DNA of 63,726 bases from Acidimicrobiales bacterium. Its GTDB lineage: Bacteria; Actinomycetota; Acidimicrobiia; Acidimicrobiales; Aldehydirespiratoraceae. The DNA is taken from contig JAJCXW010000131.1 of the NCBI GenBank assembly GCA_029263235.1, positions 1 to 63,726 of the forward strand, in the 5' to 3' direction. This document shows, in pieces, positions 1-12,352 of this stretch. A program made the position numbers and the translations under genes. The notes beneath the pieces were generated by a model. The model was given only the letters and a program-made list of their open reading frames with translations, was not told the DNA's origin and ran no database searches. Every line of letters starts with the position of its first letter. Position 1 is the first letter of the stretch.

Positions 1-43
1 CGAGTGCCCACTCAGCGACGGCAGTAAACGTGCGCCGAGTCAT

Positions 44-637
44 ATGAGCATCGAGAATGTGACCACTCGTGCCCAACTCACAACCCTAGAACGATTGATC
101 TGGCCCCCTGATGATGATGGCGGTCCGCTGAGGATTGTGGCGTGGGATGGGGCGTCGGCACGGGTGCGGTCGATGGGAATTCGACCAGGACATCAGGGAA
201 ACCGGCTCAGGGCCTTTATACTCGGCGGGGAGAGCCGCGCAGACAATATTATGCCGCTGTTTGTGCCGGAATCGATGGTCGACTGGGTCGACCACTCACT
301 CCACTCTGTTCAAATGTGGGATCGTGCGGCCATTCGCGTTGGTCGCGACACTTTGCTGACCATACCTCCAGAGGAGAAAGAAAGCTGGTTCCGTCTGGGC
401 GAGGAACCAGCAGGTATGCCCACTGCAGATGAGCCGCCCGCTCTGCCCCTGGCCAAAGTGGCATGCGCAGCGCAGACTGAGTGTGTGGTCTGCATGGATG
501 CACCGCGTACGCACGTCGCTGTCCCCTGTGGCCACCAGTCGTTCTGTGAAGGCTGTGTGAAGAAGCTGAGCAGGTCAAACGCCCGCTGCCCGATGTGCAA
601 CGCGTCCGTGGGCAGCTACATGAGGGTGTTTACGTAG
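44..637 (+). CDS. RING-type (C3HC4) zinc-finger protein, putative E3 ubiquitin ligase
   Basis: ATG-initiated 197-aa ORF. The C-terminal CVVCMDAPRTHVAVPCGHQSFCEGCVKKLSRSNARCPMC has C3HC4 RING spacing. Confidence 0.75.
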   Translation: MSIENVTTRAQLTTLERLIWPPDDDGGPLRIVAWDGASARVRSMGIRPGHQGNRLRAFILGGESRADNIMPLFVPESMVDWVDHSLHSVQMWDRAAIRVGRDTLLTIPPEEKESWFRLGEEPAGMPTADEPPALPLAKVACAAQTECVVCMDAPRTHVAVPCGHQSFCEGCVKKLSRSNARCPMCNASVGSYMRVFT

Positions 638-859
638 CCCGGCTTGCTCAGCGGAGGCAGCAACGGTGGTGTGGCGGTTTCTGTGGGCCCGGGCGCCCAG
701 GAACAGTCTGCAGACTCTGCCGGCCGGGTCAGCGCTCGTAGGGTAAAGTCCACCGGTCCACCGGGTCGGTCCCCCGGGTCGGTCCCCGATTGGCATTGGC
801 CAACTTACCTGAACCTCACACTTACCCGCGTGTACTCACCCGCGTGCACATGCAACGTC

Positions 860-3800
860 CTATCGGCAGGCAGCACACAGGCGCACGCGACGGCACATGC
901 GACCCTTACCGAGGCAGACGGGCAGCAGTGTTCCGTTCAGGCAGACCTCCTGATCGGCCGCAGCAGGTGGCCGGATGGCGCAGCGCGACGCCCGGTCGCC
1001 CTCGCGGCACTGCTGTGGCTCCAACCGATGGCGCTGCTCGGCGCCCTTCAGGCGGCAGCGGGGCCGGGTGGGACCGTCGCAGGGTGCCGGCTGGCACTCG
1101 ACCCTGTCCTGGGGATGGCGGCACTCGGGCGCGTAGGTGGGATCTGCCGCCCAGACCGCCTCGCAGACCTGCTCTGCCGTCGCATTGCCCGTGCAGGCGC
1201 CGGCGATGCAGCGATCGTCGGTGCCGTCGCAGGGATCCCCGTTGTCGCACGAATTTCCCTCGCTGAGCGCAGACGTGCAGTTTGTGCAGGGCCGGCCGCC
1301 CGTCTCGTCCGGCACCTCGACCATCTCCTCGTGCACGCAGGGTCCGCCGGGCCCGGTCAGGTGTGTGATGCGCAGCAGGTAGCGCCCGGCGGCGACGCCC
1401 GACAGCCAGCGTCCGGTGAAGAGCAGGCTGCCGTCGCTGATGTTGCGCCACTCGACGGTGGGCCCACCGGTGGCGTTCGGGCAGCCGCTCAGGCCGGTCA
1501 GGTGGGCGCTGCCGGTCAGCGGCCGGCAGGGCATGGTAACGGCGCGCACACGCACGTGTGCCCGTGGTGCGCACGGCAGCGACACACAGCGTCCCTGGGG
1601 CGTGTCCCAGGGACCGGCCTTGTCCTCCTCGAGGCAGGTGTCGACCGTGCACGCGTCGTGGTCGTCGCAGTCTCGGCGCGCCGTGGGCAGACAGAGGCCG
1701 CGGCCGTCGCAGCGGTCGCTCGTCGTGCAGAATCGGCCGTCCTCGCAGTGTGCGCCGCGCTCTCTGGGCCGCACGTCACATCGGTGCGTTGTCTCGTCGC
1801 AGAGGTGCGCGCTGCAGTCGGGGTGTGTCCCGTTCGGCACGGGCTGCTGGGCACAGTCGCGATCGGTCCGGCAGCAGGCGGCCGGCACCGGGAGGCCGGT
1901 GCACGGGTCGCAGAGGTGGGGATCCGTGGTGGTGCCGTTGCAGACCCCGCAGACGTCAAGGGCAAAGGGCCGCACCGGGCCGTAGTGGTAGGACGGCAGC
2001 AGGCAGCAGCCGTCCTCCTCCCGGCAGTCGTGCTGACAGCGGCCGTCGTCCTCCTCCACGCAGCTGTCCACGGTCAGCACCTCTCCGTCGTCGCAGTCGA
2101 TCGGTGGGTGCTGGCAGCCGTACGCTGAGCTCGGCACGCAGAGATCGTGGGTGCAGTTCAAGCCGTCGTCGCAGTCGCGCACGGGGTGCACGCAGCCGAC
2201 CCCCGGCCGGCAGTGGCTGTCGGTGCAGCTGCTGCCGTCGTCGCAGGGCAGCTGGCCGGCGCCGGACACGCAGGTGCCGTTCCCGTTACAGCGGTCTCCG
2301 ACGGTGCAAGGATCGCCGTCCTCACACGGCGCCTGGTTTGGCGTGTACTCGCACTCGCCCGTCTCCCGGATGCACATGACGTCGTGGCAGGGTCGCGGTG
2401 GGCAGTGTGTGTGGTGCACCGACCCGGTGCCGCCGCAGTGGCCCTGGCCGTCGCAGGTCTCGTACGCAGTGCACAGGTCCCCGTCGTCGCAGGGGTGGCC
2501 TGCAGGCGTTTGCCCAATGACGCAGCCGCTCTCCGGCCGGCAGAGCGGCTGCAGGCAGCCACCGGCCGTGTAGGATAGGCTGCAGTTGAGGGCGGGGCCG
2601 CCGGTGCAGCTGCCCTGCTTGCAGTGGTCGCCGGCGGTGCAGGCGTTCTGGTCGTCGCACACGGTGGTGTTTGGCGCGTTCCAGTAGACGCAGATCGAGT
2701 CGATGCACTGCTTCAGGTGGCACTCGCGATCGTCACAGTCGTGGTTGTTGGCGCAGGTGGTGCCGCAGCCCTCGTCGACGAGACCGTCGCAGTCGTCGTC
2801 GAGGCCATTGCAGAGATCAGGGAAGCGCCGCGTGTCCTCGTCGTCGACCGTGGGCCCCGTGGCGCCCACGCAGGCCACCGCGCCGGTGCTGGCGTTTGCG
2901 CAGGCCCAGCGGCCCTGCTCGCACACGCCGACCGCCGATCCGCACAGCTCGCCGATCGGTGCCCGGTTTGAGCGCTGGCAGCCACCGTCGGGCCGGCAGT
3001 ACTCGTCGGTGCAGAGGTTGCCGTCGTCGCAGTCGAGCTCGGTACCGTTTCCGACGCACCAGCCCTGCGCGCAGACGTCCTGCCCGGGCGTGCAGTCGTT
3101 CTCGTCGTCGCAGTGTGTGCCGGTGGCCAGGTTGCGCACCAGACAGCCCTCGCCCTGCACGCAGACGTTCCGCTGGCAGGGCCCCTTGGCCTCGGTGCAC
3201 TGTCGTGCGGTACCGCGACACTCGCCGCTCGGCTGGCACTTGTCTCCCTCGGTGCACTGGTCCAGGTCGTCGCAGGGCCGGTACAGGTTTGCGCCGACCG
3301 CGTTCAGGCACTCGCCCGTCTCCGGGACGCAGCCGGTCTCGGTGCAGGGGTTGCTGTCGTTGCAGCGCGTGTGCCAGTTTGGCGTGTGCCGGCAGCCGCT
3401 GTCCGGGTCGGCCCCCTCGGCCAGCGGCTCGCAGCGGTCTGTGCTGCAGAGATCCGGCACGGGTCCCTGGCAGCGGTCGTGCCGAGGCAGGTTCACGCAG
3501 CGCCCGCCCTGGCGGCAGCGGTCGTGGGTACAGGATGCATTGTCGGCGCAGAGCTGATGCAGGAGCAGGGGGGTGCAGACAAACTTGCCCGGCTGGTAGT
3601 GGTCGGGCGTGCAGCGCCCCCGCTGGCAGTCGCCGACCAGCGGGCAGAGGGCCGAGTCTGCGCGCAGCTTGCAGGTGCGCCACTGCTCCTCGCAGTAGCC
3701 CGCGCCACACTCGGTGGCATTCGGGCAGACGATGGGCTGACCGGGCACGCATCCGGTGCGGGTATCCGCGTGGGGAGACCGGGGTGCACAGCGCTCCTCG

Positions 3801-6025
3801 CCATTGCAGTACACGCCGTCGTCACATCGTGGGTGCAGCGCCTCCTGCTGGCAGCTGCCCGTCTGGTCGCAGAAGGGCTCCGTGCAGCCAGGGCCATCCG
3901 AGGGACAGAGACTGTCCTGCGGCTCCAGGTAGCAGTGAAAGGTCTCCGTGCTGCAGCGCGGCTGGCCGCACTCGGTCGTCGGCAGCACCCCCAGGCAGAG
4001 GGTGTCATCCGCCACGGTGTCGCAGTCCTGCAGGGTGCTGTTGCAGAACTGTCGTCCGCACGTGCCAACAATCTCGGCACACTTTGGCGCCGGGGGGACG
4101 TCCGGTGGCGCGCAGCCGCTGACCGGATCTGCCTGCCAGTGGTGAGGCCGGCACTGCAGCGGCGCGGCGCAAAAGTCTGCGTCTACGTTGCAGGCAGCAT
4201 GCACCGACAGGCGGACACACTGGCCGTCCGATTCGTCACAGGAGTCGTCGGTGCAGTTGAACCCGTCCGAGCAGTCGCGCTGCGCCGCCTCGCACATCAG
4301 CCCCACACAGCGACCGGGTAGGTCGCAGAGCCGCCCGGTGGTGCAGCTGGTGTTTTCCGGCTTGGCCAGGAAGCTGCAAGTGTGGTCGGCGAGGTTGCAG
4401 TAGCCCTCGGCGCACTGCTCGCTGGTCAGGCACATGTGGTTGTTCTTGCAGCAGCCAGGCACTGGCACATGCGACTCGATACCGGTGACCGGATCACACG
4501 TGTCTGTCGTGCAGACGCAGCCGTCGTCGATCGAGGGGGTGTGTCGCACGCAGCGGTCCGTGTAGGGGTGGCAGAACTCGCTGGTGCAGTTGTTGTGGTC
4601 GTCACAGTCGGCATGTGTCGCACAGCACTCCTCGATCCCCAGAATCGCCTCAATGCTCTGGCAGCTGCCCTGGTGGCACTCTTCGCACGCGCCGCATGCT
4701 GGATAACACGATGGCGGCGGCGGCGGCGGCGGCGGTGGCGGCGGCGGTGGCCCGCCGGTGGTGCCGGTTGTACTTGGCACCCCTGTGGTACTGGTCGTAC
4801 CGGTGGTGCCGGTCGTGCTTGTCGTCCCCGTGGTGCCAGTTGTGCCGGTCGTTCCCGTCGTGGAGGTCGATGTTGTGCTGGTGGTACCTGGCGTTCCCGT
4901 CGTGGAGGTCGACGTTGTGCTGGTGGTACCTGGCGCCCCCGTCGTGCCGGTTGTGGAGGTCGAGGTCGTGCTGGTGCTCGACGGGGGATGCTTTTTCTCC
5001 TTTTCCTTCTCCTTCTGCTTTGTGCAGCAGACCCGGGTGTCGCGGCCGAGGCAGCGGCCTTGGAGACCCTCGTGTGGATAGCAGCTGGTGCCGGCCGCTT
5101 GGTGGCCGCAGGGCCCATACTCAATGCCCTCCTGGTAGGAAGGATACCGGTGCTCGCATGCCGGCGCCGGCTCGGGCCGGCGGCTGGGCACACAGCATCG
5201 ACCGTGGCCGTCGCCCAGGCAGCAGCCCGCGCCCTCGCCACACGGCGCCCCCGGCGTCGTCTCGTGATTGCAAAGGCTGTCGTGCAGACTCAGCGGCTTG
5301 AACCCGCCCTCCTCGCCCGGGAAGATCAACGCGGCGCACTCTTCCCGCCAAACTGGCCTCGTGTGCGGGGGCGGTGGTGGCGGCGGCGGCGGTGGCGCCT
5401 CCTTCTCCTTCTCTCGCACCCGTTCCTTCTCCTTCCATTGCCTCGTGGCGGGGAGACAGCAGACCTTGGCGTCGCCGCCCATGCAGATTCCGGTCGCGCC
5501 GCCGCGCGTCGGCGCACAGGTGGTGCCCTGTGTCTGCGTGCCGCACGGCGGGTAGTGTAGACCGTTGGGAAAGTCGCCGTTCCGGGCCTGACAGCCCGGG
5601 CTGGGCAGCGGGGTCTGGCTCGGCAGACAGCAGCGGCCGTCTGCCGGGCCCAGGCAATTTCCGGCACCGCCGGCGCAGGAGGTTCCCGGCAGGACGCCGG
5701 CTCCGCACTGGGTGTCGTCGGCGGCCAGCGGTTTAAAGCCCCCGTCTTCGCCGGGAAAGATCAGCGCAGCACAGGAGGTATCCCTGACGGGCAGGCAACA
5801 CGCCGTGCTGCCGCCGCCAAGACACATGCCGTCCGGCCGCTGCGGGCACGGATCGCCAGCCTCGCATACCCGGCAGCCCGGATCCCGCGCGCTGTCGGGT
5901 TTCAGCAGCGTGTCGCCAAGGAAACGAACCGACTGGCAGGTAGCGGCGCCGGGTCGTCGGGCCGCCGAGAGGCGCGCAGCGCCGAGCGCCGCCAGGAAAA
6001 GCACAAGCAGCCGCGATGGCCACAT
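860..6025 (-). CDS. Giant secreted Cys-rich / mucin-like repeat protein (1721 aa)
   Basis: The ORF opens at GTG 6112. The in-frame ATG at 6025 gives a signal-peptide-like start, MWPSRLLVLFLAALGAARLSAA. It has two tandem ~110-aa Cys modules (CAALIFPGE[DE]GGFKPL...), poly-Pro runs, a Thr/Ser-rich tract, then dozens of CDDGxxCTxDxC-like repeats. Confidence 0.7.
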   Translation of the reverse strand: MWPSRLLVLFLAALGAARLSAARRPGAATCQSVRFLGDTLLKPDSARDPGCRVCEAGDPCPQRPDGMCLGGGSTACCLPVRDTSCAALIFPGEDGGFKPLAADDTQCGAGVLPGTSCAGGAGNCLGPADGRCCLPSQTPLPSPGCQARNGDFPNGLHYPPCGTQTQGTTCAPTRGGATGICMGGDAKVCCLPATRQWKEKERVREKEKEAPPPPPPPPPPHTRPVWREECAALIFPGEEGGFKPLSLHDSLCNHETTPGAPCGEGAGCCLGDGHGRCCVPSRRPEPAPACEHRYPSYQEGIEYGPCGHQAAGTSCYPHEGLQGRCLGRDTRVCCTKQKEKEKEKKHPPSSTSTTSTSTTGTTGAPGTTSTTSTSTTGTPGTTSTTSTSTTGTTGTTGTTGTTSTTGTTGTTSTTGVPSTTGTTGGPPPPPPPPPPPPPSCYPACGACEECHQGSCQSIEAILGIEECCATHADCDDHNNCTSEFCHPYTDRCVRHTPSIDDGCVCTTDTCDPVTGIESHVPVPGCCKNNHMCLTSEQCAEGYCNLADHTCSFLAKPENTSCTTGRLCDLPGRCVGLMCEAAQRDCSDGFNCTDDSCDESDGQCVRLSVHAACNVDADFCAAPLQCRPHHWQADPVSGCAPPDVPPAPKCAEIVGTCGRQFCNSTLQDCDTVADDTLCLGVLPTTECGQPRCSTETFHCYLEPQDSLCPSDGPGCTEPFCDQTGSCQQEALHPRCDDGVYCNGEERCAPRSPHADTRTGCVPGQPIVCPNATECGAGYCEEQWRTCKLRADSALCPLVGDCQRGRCTPDHYQPGKFVCTPLLLHQLCADNASCTHDRCRQGGRCVNLPRHDRCQGPVPDLCSTDRCEPLAEGADPDSGCRHTPNWHTRCNDSNPCTETGCVPETGECLNAVGANLYRPCDDLDQCTEGDKCQPSGECRGTARQCTEAKGPCQRNVCVQGEGCLVRNLATGTHCDDENDCTPGQDVCAQGWCVGNGTELDCDDGNLCTDEYCRPDGGCQRSNRAPIGELCGSAVGVCEQGRWACANASTGAVACVGATGPTVDDEDTRRFPDLCNGLDDDCDGLVDEGCGTTCANNHDCDDRECHLKQCIDSICVYWNAPNTTVCDDQNACTAGDHCKQGSCTGGPALNCSLSYTAGGCLQPLCRPESGCVIGQTPAGHPCDDGDLCTAYETCDGQGHCGGTGSVHHTHCPPRPCHDVMCIRETGECEYTPNQAPCEDGDPCTVGDRCNGNGTCVSGAGQLPCDDGSSCTDSHCRPGVGCVHPVRDCDDGLNCTHDLCVPSSAYGCQHPPIDCDDGEVLTVDSCVEEDDGRCQHDCREEDGCCLLPSYHYGPVRPFALDVCGVCNGTTTDPHLCDPCTGLPVPAACCRTDRDCAQQPVPNGTHPDCSAHLCDETTHRCDVRPRERGAHCEDGRFCTTSDRCDGRGLCLPTARRDCDDHDACTVDTCLEEDKAGPWDTPQGRCVSLPCAPRAHVRVRAVTMPCRPLTGSAHLTGLSGCPNATGGPTVEWRNISDGSLLFTGRWLSGVAAGRYLLRITHLTGPGGPCVHEEMVEVPDETGGRPCTNCTSALSEGNSCDNGDPCDGTDDRCIAGACTGNATAEQVCEAVWAADPTYAPECRHPQDRVECQPAPCDGPTRPRCRLKGAEQRHRLEPQQCREGDRASRCAIRPPAAADQEVCLNGTLLPVCLGKGRMCRRVRLCAACR
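4711..4985. repeat. Coding low-complexity block: poly-Pro run followed by imperfect tandem Thr/Ser/Gly repeats
   Basis: (GGC)n on the plus strand encodes 13 Pro on the minus strand. It is followed by ~45-51-nt imperfect repeats encoding TSTTSTSTTGTxGTT. Confidence 0.8.
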
Positions 6026-6142
6026 GACCGCGGTGGCAAGGCTTGCCCGGTCGGGCCAGCTGAGCATATAGCAAGTGTCGATAGATTCCTTTACGGTTTG
6101 CGCACACCTCACCCCACCACGACGCCGACCCGAGCCGCGCCA

Positions 6143-6775
6143 CTAGCGGCCACCGCGGCCGTTGAGCCGCTGCAGGTTGGCGTGATTTGCGTCAGTCTGC
6201 CGCTGCAGCGCCTTCAGCTCTGCGCGTGCTGCCATCACCTGCGCGGCTGACGGGGCAGCGCCCAGGGCTGGGCGCTTTGCCCCACCCGTGTCGCCGCCGC
6301 CGCCGCCGCCGCCGTTGCTGGCCGTGGTGGGGATGGGATTCCAGTCACTGTCCAGTTCGCAGACAAACTTGCACCCCGGGCGGTCGCCCTGCTTGACCAT
6401 GCTCAGCTCCGTCGGGGTGTGGCCGTAGACTGAGCTGCCCAGGTCGTCTGGGTCAGAGAGAAAGCAACGGAGCGACAGGGAGCACTCGGTGGCGGACCTG
6501 TCGCGAATCTTGCGCTTCATGGCGATGCCATGGATCGGCCGAGAGGCCATTGTCTCGCAGTTTGCCCGCAGCGTCTGGTCGGCCGGGTGAAAGAACGCAT
6601 GGGACACCCGACCGTACTGGATGCCGCCGTGCTCGGTTTGCAGGGGAAGGTGGCGCATCCTTCGGGCTACCGCCTTCATCTGGTTGCTCCGCAGATTCCA
6701 CCCGTTGTACGCGGCGTCCCGGCCGCGCGGGTGTGCGACAATCTGCCAGCGATACTGCTGTTTTGCGGGGGCCAT
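6143..6775 (-). CDS. Hypothetical protein
   Basis: ATG-initiated 210-aa ORF with balanced composition, a Gly run and a C-terminal coiled-coil-like segment. It fits the spacer/motif layout. No family recognised. Confidence 0.5.
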   Translation of the reverse strand: MAPAKQQYRWQIVAHPRGRDAAYNGWNLRSNQMKAVARRMRHLPLQTEHGGIQYGRVSHAFFHPADQTLRANCETMASRPIHGIAMKRKIRDRSATECSLSLRCFLSDPDDLGSSVYGHTPTELSMVKQGDRPGCKFVCELDSDWNPIPTTASNGGGGGGGDTGGAKRPALGAAPSAAQVMAARAELKALQRQTDANHANLQRLNGRGGR

Positions 6776-6857
6776 CCCGGCGTGCTGTACGTGCTGTGCG
6801 CGCAGAATGGTGCGCCTGGAAATTTGCGGGAAAAACCATCAGTTTTGCGGAGAGCGT

Positions 6858-7601
6858 TTACTCTGCCATCGGATCATCCGCTGCTACCTCCCGCCGGGGC
6901 GGAGCAGCCGGGGCGTCCCGTTCTGCCTGCTGCAGGGCGGACAGATACGCCGCCATGACCGTCTCCAGTCTGCCCATGCTGGCGCGTGTCTCGACAACGC
7001 AATCCATCGCAGACACCAGCTGGCGCTTGAGTGCCGAGCGCGCGCTTGCGGGCATTGCGTCAATCCCTGCTGCCTCTAGATCGTCCGGCACAACCAACAG
7101 GGCGCCATCGGTCCCAGCAGCGGCGGCCGTCGTCGCCGCCGCGTCTTCCGCGTCGGCCGGTGTCCGTGCGCCCGTCCCTGCTCCGCGTGCGGGCTGGGCC
7201 GCGGCGGCGCGGCCTGTCCGCTTGCGGCGCACCTTGGCGATCGAGGCCGGCGGCGCATTGCGGAAAAAGTGACCCGCGCGATGAACAAAGCGCCGGGCAG
7301 TCGGCGCATCGCCTTCCTCTGCGCGACGTTTTGAGAAGCCGTACAGGTTCAGCTGGCGGGTGAACGAGTCAATCTTCAGGCCGCCCGCGGGAATCCTCTC
7401 CGGGTACAGCATCAGCATCATGCCGTCTGGAGAGAACTCGATCCACTGGTCCTCCGGCGCCGTGCTGATGGCGGCGGCTCGGGTGTTCTCTGCCCACGGC
7501 ACAGCCTGCTGGCTGTTCCGGACAGGACTCGGGCTCATGCTGCTGCTGCTGTCGTTGTTGCTGCTGTCGTTGCTGTTGCTGATGCTATCGTTAGCTGCCA
7601 T
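6858..7601 (-). CDS. HSF-type (heat shock factor-like) DNA-binding domain protein
   Basis: DSFTRQLNLYGFSKR ... RFVHRAGHFFRNAPPASIAKVRRKR parallels the HSF signature SFVRQLNMYGFRKV ... FQHPCFLRGQEQLLENIKRK. The N-terminus is Ser/Asn-rich and the C-terminus has a heptad-like segment. Confidence 0.65.
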   Translation of the reverse strand: MAANDSISNSNDSSNNDSSSSMSPSPVRNSQQAVPWAENTRAAAISTAPEDQWIEFSPDGMMLMLYPERIPAGGLKIDSFTRQLNLYGFSKRRAEEGDAPTARRFVHRAGHFFRNAPPASIAKVRRKRTGRAAAAQPARGAGTGARTPADAEDAAATTAAAAGTDGALLVVPDDLEAAGIDAMPASARSALKRQLVSAMDCVVETRASMGRLETVMAAYLSALQQAERDAPAAPPRREVAADDPMAE

Positions 7602-7818
7602 GATGTCGCGACGGTCAGAGTGCGTGCTGATGCGTTAAGGAGCGGGTGGTGGTGGTGGTGGCGCGTCTGCCACCCCGGTATAAATGCACGGGCCGAACAC
7701 ATGACCGCTTCCATTGAGAAGAACATCGGAACGGCGGGCGGACACAAGGAATCGGGGCGCGTATAACGGATTGTCGGCACCGGTCGCCGCACCCTCACCC
7801 ACGGCGCCGTGCCGGAGA

Positions 7819-10403
<2,585 letters not shown>

Positions 10404-10407
<4 letters not shown>

Positions 10408-10925
10408 TCGGCGGCCGTCCCCGCGGATGACAGTGCGCCGGCAGTATCGTACGCGTTGGTGCAGTAAACGTGCTCTTTGCGGATTTGCTCCAGCTTGTCA
10501 GGGGGGAGGGAGTCGGTGATCCCGATAAGAGCGCAGAGGGCGACCGCAGCGTCTGGCGCGGCCGCGGCCGCATTAATATGCTTGGCCAGCGCAAGCTCGG
10601 TGACGCGGAGCAGCGGACCGCAGTCCAGCCAGTCGGCGGCAGTATCGACCGCGCACAGCTCTGCAAAGCTGCACGCGCTCAGGCGCCCGTCGCGCACAAA
10701 GGACACGGCAGCCTGGACGGCCGGCTGCAAAAGATGCTGAGGCAGCTCAATGACCACCCGGTCCCCGGTGGACCCACAGTCGTCCACGAGGTGCCGGATG
10801 GTTGCAAAGTGCCGACTCTCCGCATAGCTCACCCGCACTGCAGTCTCAGCAGCAGCAGCAGCAGCAGCGGGGGTTCCGCTTACCGGCAGGGTGTCAGCGC
10901 GCAGCTCCACGTGCAGTGTGCACAT
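10404..10925 (-). CDS. SKP1: Skp1-like SCF adaptor protein
   Basis: SFAELCAVDTAADWLDCGPLLRVTELALAKHI parallels Skp1 [43 protein letters not shown] parallels EEEAQVRKENQWC. The N-terminal ATIRHLVDDCG parallels VTIKTMLEDLG. Confidence 0.75.
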
Positions 10926-11021
10926 TTGGCCAACCCGCAGACGGCGGACGGGCAGGATAGGACAGGGACGCCGCGACGGTAGGTCTATTAAATGTATTTT
11001 ACCCGCCCGCGTCCCTCTTTC

Positions 11022-11918
11022 CTACCCCATCCGTTCACCGGCAACCCCGGCGAGGTGGGCGCTGCTATCCGCCAGCCGCCAGTCTGCGGCGCGAACGACG
11101 TCGGTGACCGGCGCGGGGCCGTCGTCTGTGCGATCAAGCGAAAACTCCCGGGTCAGCCGGAACAGCATCCAGTCGGCGTTGGCGTCGGTCGGGTCGGTGG
11201 TCCAGCGCGCAATCATCCCGTCCGAGTTGACCGGCGAGCGAGGCAGCAGGCGAAGCTGGTTACGGGCAAAGGCCTTGTCCAGCATGTCGGTCAGCTCGCC
11301 AGACTGGTTGTCGCGCACGGTCCCGTACCGGTTCCAGACAAAGCCCGGGCCAATCGGCTCAGACCACGCGTAGCCCTTCCAGGCCCGAGCGGCGTCAAGG
11401 TCCGCAAAGATCGCATCAGCGGCGCCTTCCTCCGACGAAAGGGCAAAGTGAAAGTTGTACGCTTGTCCGCCCTGTAGCACGTAGTGGACATTCACCCGCT
11501 CCGCCGACAGCGGAAAGGCCTGCGGGCCGCCCGGGCCCCACAGCGACCCCCGGATCAGACAGGGGCTCATCACCCTGACTCGAAGGCTCAGGACTGCTCG
11601 CATTCGCAGATTTCGGTGCAGGTACATCAGCTTCGTCGCGGTGGGCGAGTGTGGCAGACTGGCAGCAGGCGACAGGCTCATCGGTGACACTCGCAGATGA
11701 CTGCTCCGCGGCGGAGGGTGCAGCAGCAGTCGGTACGCCGCCGGCCGCTGGTCCTCCCACTGTGCCTGGGCCGCTGGCAACGGTGGTCGCTCTTGGGCTG
11801 GTTGTGCGTCCGCGTCGGGTGCCGGCCGCTTTGGGTGCAGGACTCGGCTGAGAATCTGGTCAACCTCGGCGTCGGTTTGTCCAGACATTGCAACGGGTGC
11901 CATCACGGCGACGGGCAT
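11022..11918 (-). CDS. Hypothetical protein
   Basis: ATG-initiated 298-aa ORF whose C-terminal half has a protein-like composition (W, F, Y, N, D). A promoter-like CTACATAAGCAGCGG box lies ~35 nt upstream. Confidence 0.5.
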   Translation of the reverse strand: MPVAVMAPVAMSGQTDAEVDQILSRVLHPKRPAPDADAQPAQERPPLPAAQAQWEDQRPAAYRLLLHPPPRSSHLRVSPMSLSPAASLPHSPTATKLMYLHRNLRMRAVLSLRVRVMSPCLIRGSLWGPGGPQAFPLSAERVNVHYVLQGGQAYNFHFALSSEEGAADAIFADLDAARAWKGYAWSEPIGPGFVWNRYGTVRDNQSGELTDMLDKAFARNQLRLLPRSPVNSDGMIARWTTDPTDANADWMLFRLTREFSLDRTDDGPAPVTDVVRAADWRLADSSAHLAGVAGERMG

Positions 11919-12001
11919 GCGGGTGGATGTGGGCGTGCCGCCCCGCTGCTTATGTAGGGAAGCGAAGATTATTCTGCCGCGAAGAACAGATATAGAGAGA
12001 T

Positions 12002-12247
12002 TTACTGGGCGAGTCGGTCATCTCGTTCTCGGACCACGTCCGCCCTATCCTGGCGCATCAGCGGCCATCCGCCCAGAGCACTGACCCAGAAGAGCGGAAA
12101 GCCGACACAGATGAGTAGCAGACATATCACGGCAATCAGTAGACCTGCGACGCGTCGACGGCCTCTGGCGCGCAGTCTTCGCTGATGTGCACGTGCGTGG
12201 TCATACGGGTCGAGCGGATCGCGGCCGTCTGGCTGGGTTGGGTCCAT
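12002..12247 (-). CDS. Small predicted membrane protein
   Basis: The ORF opens at GTG 12322 and the first ATG is at 12247. It has one hydrophobic helix, VAGLLIAVICLLLICVGFPLFWVSALGG. Confidence 0.35.
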   Translation of the reverse strand: MDPTQPDGRDPLDPYDHARAHQRRLRARGRRRVAGLLIAVICLLLICVGFPLFWVSALGGWPLMRQDRADVVRERDDRLAQ

Positions 12248-12352
12248 GGGATGAGGACGGGCGTGGTTTATCCCTTTGGCGCCCGCGGTGACCTGGTAGA
12301 CATCCAGAACGACCGGTGTCACCGGCTGGCGGATATTGCCTGGTCCAATCCT

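Noticed and set aside
1-27. A partial CDS ending at TAA 25-27 (...RVPTQRRQ*).
   Set aside because: Only 8 codons are visible, so it cannot be supported as a gene. It is noted only because the stop sits in the same GCAGTAAACGTGC 13-mer seen at 10461-73.
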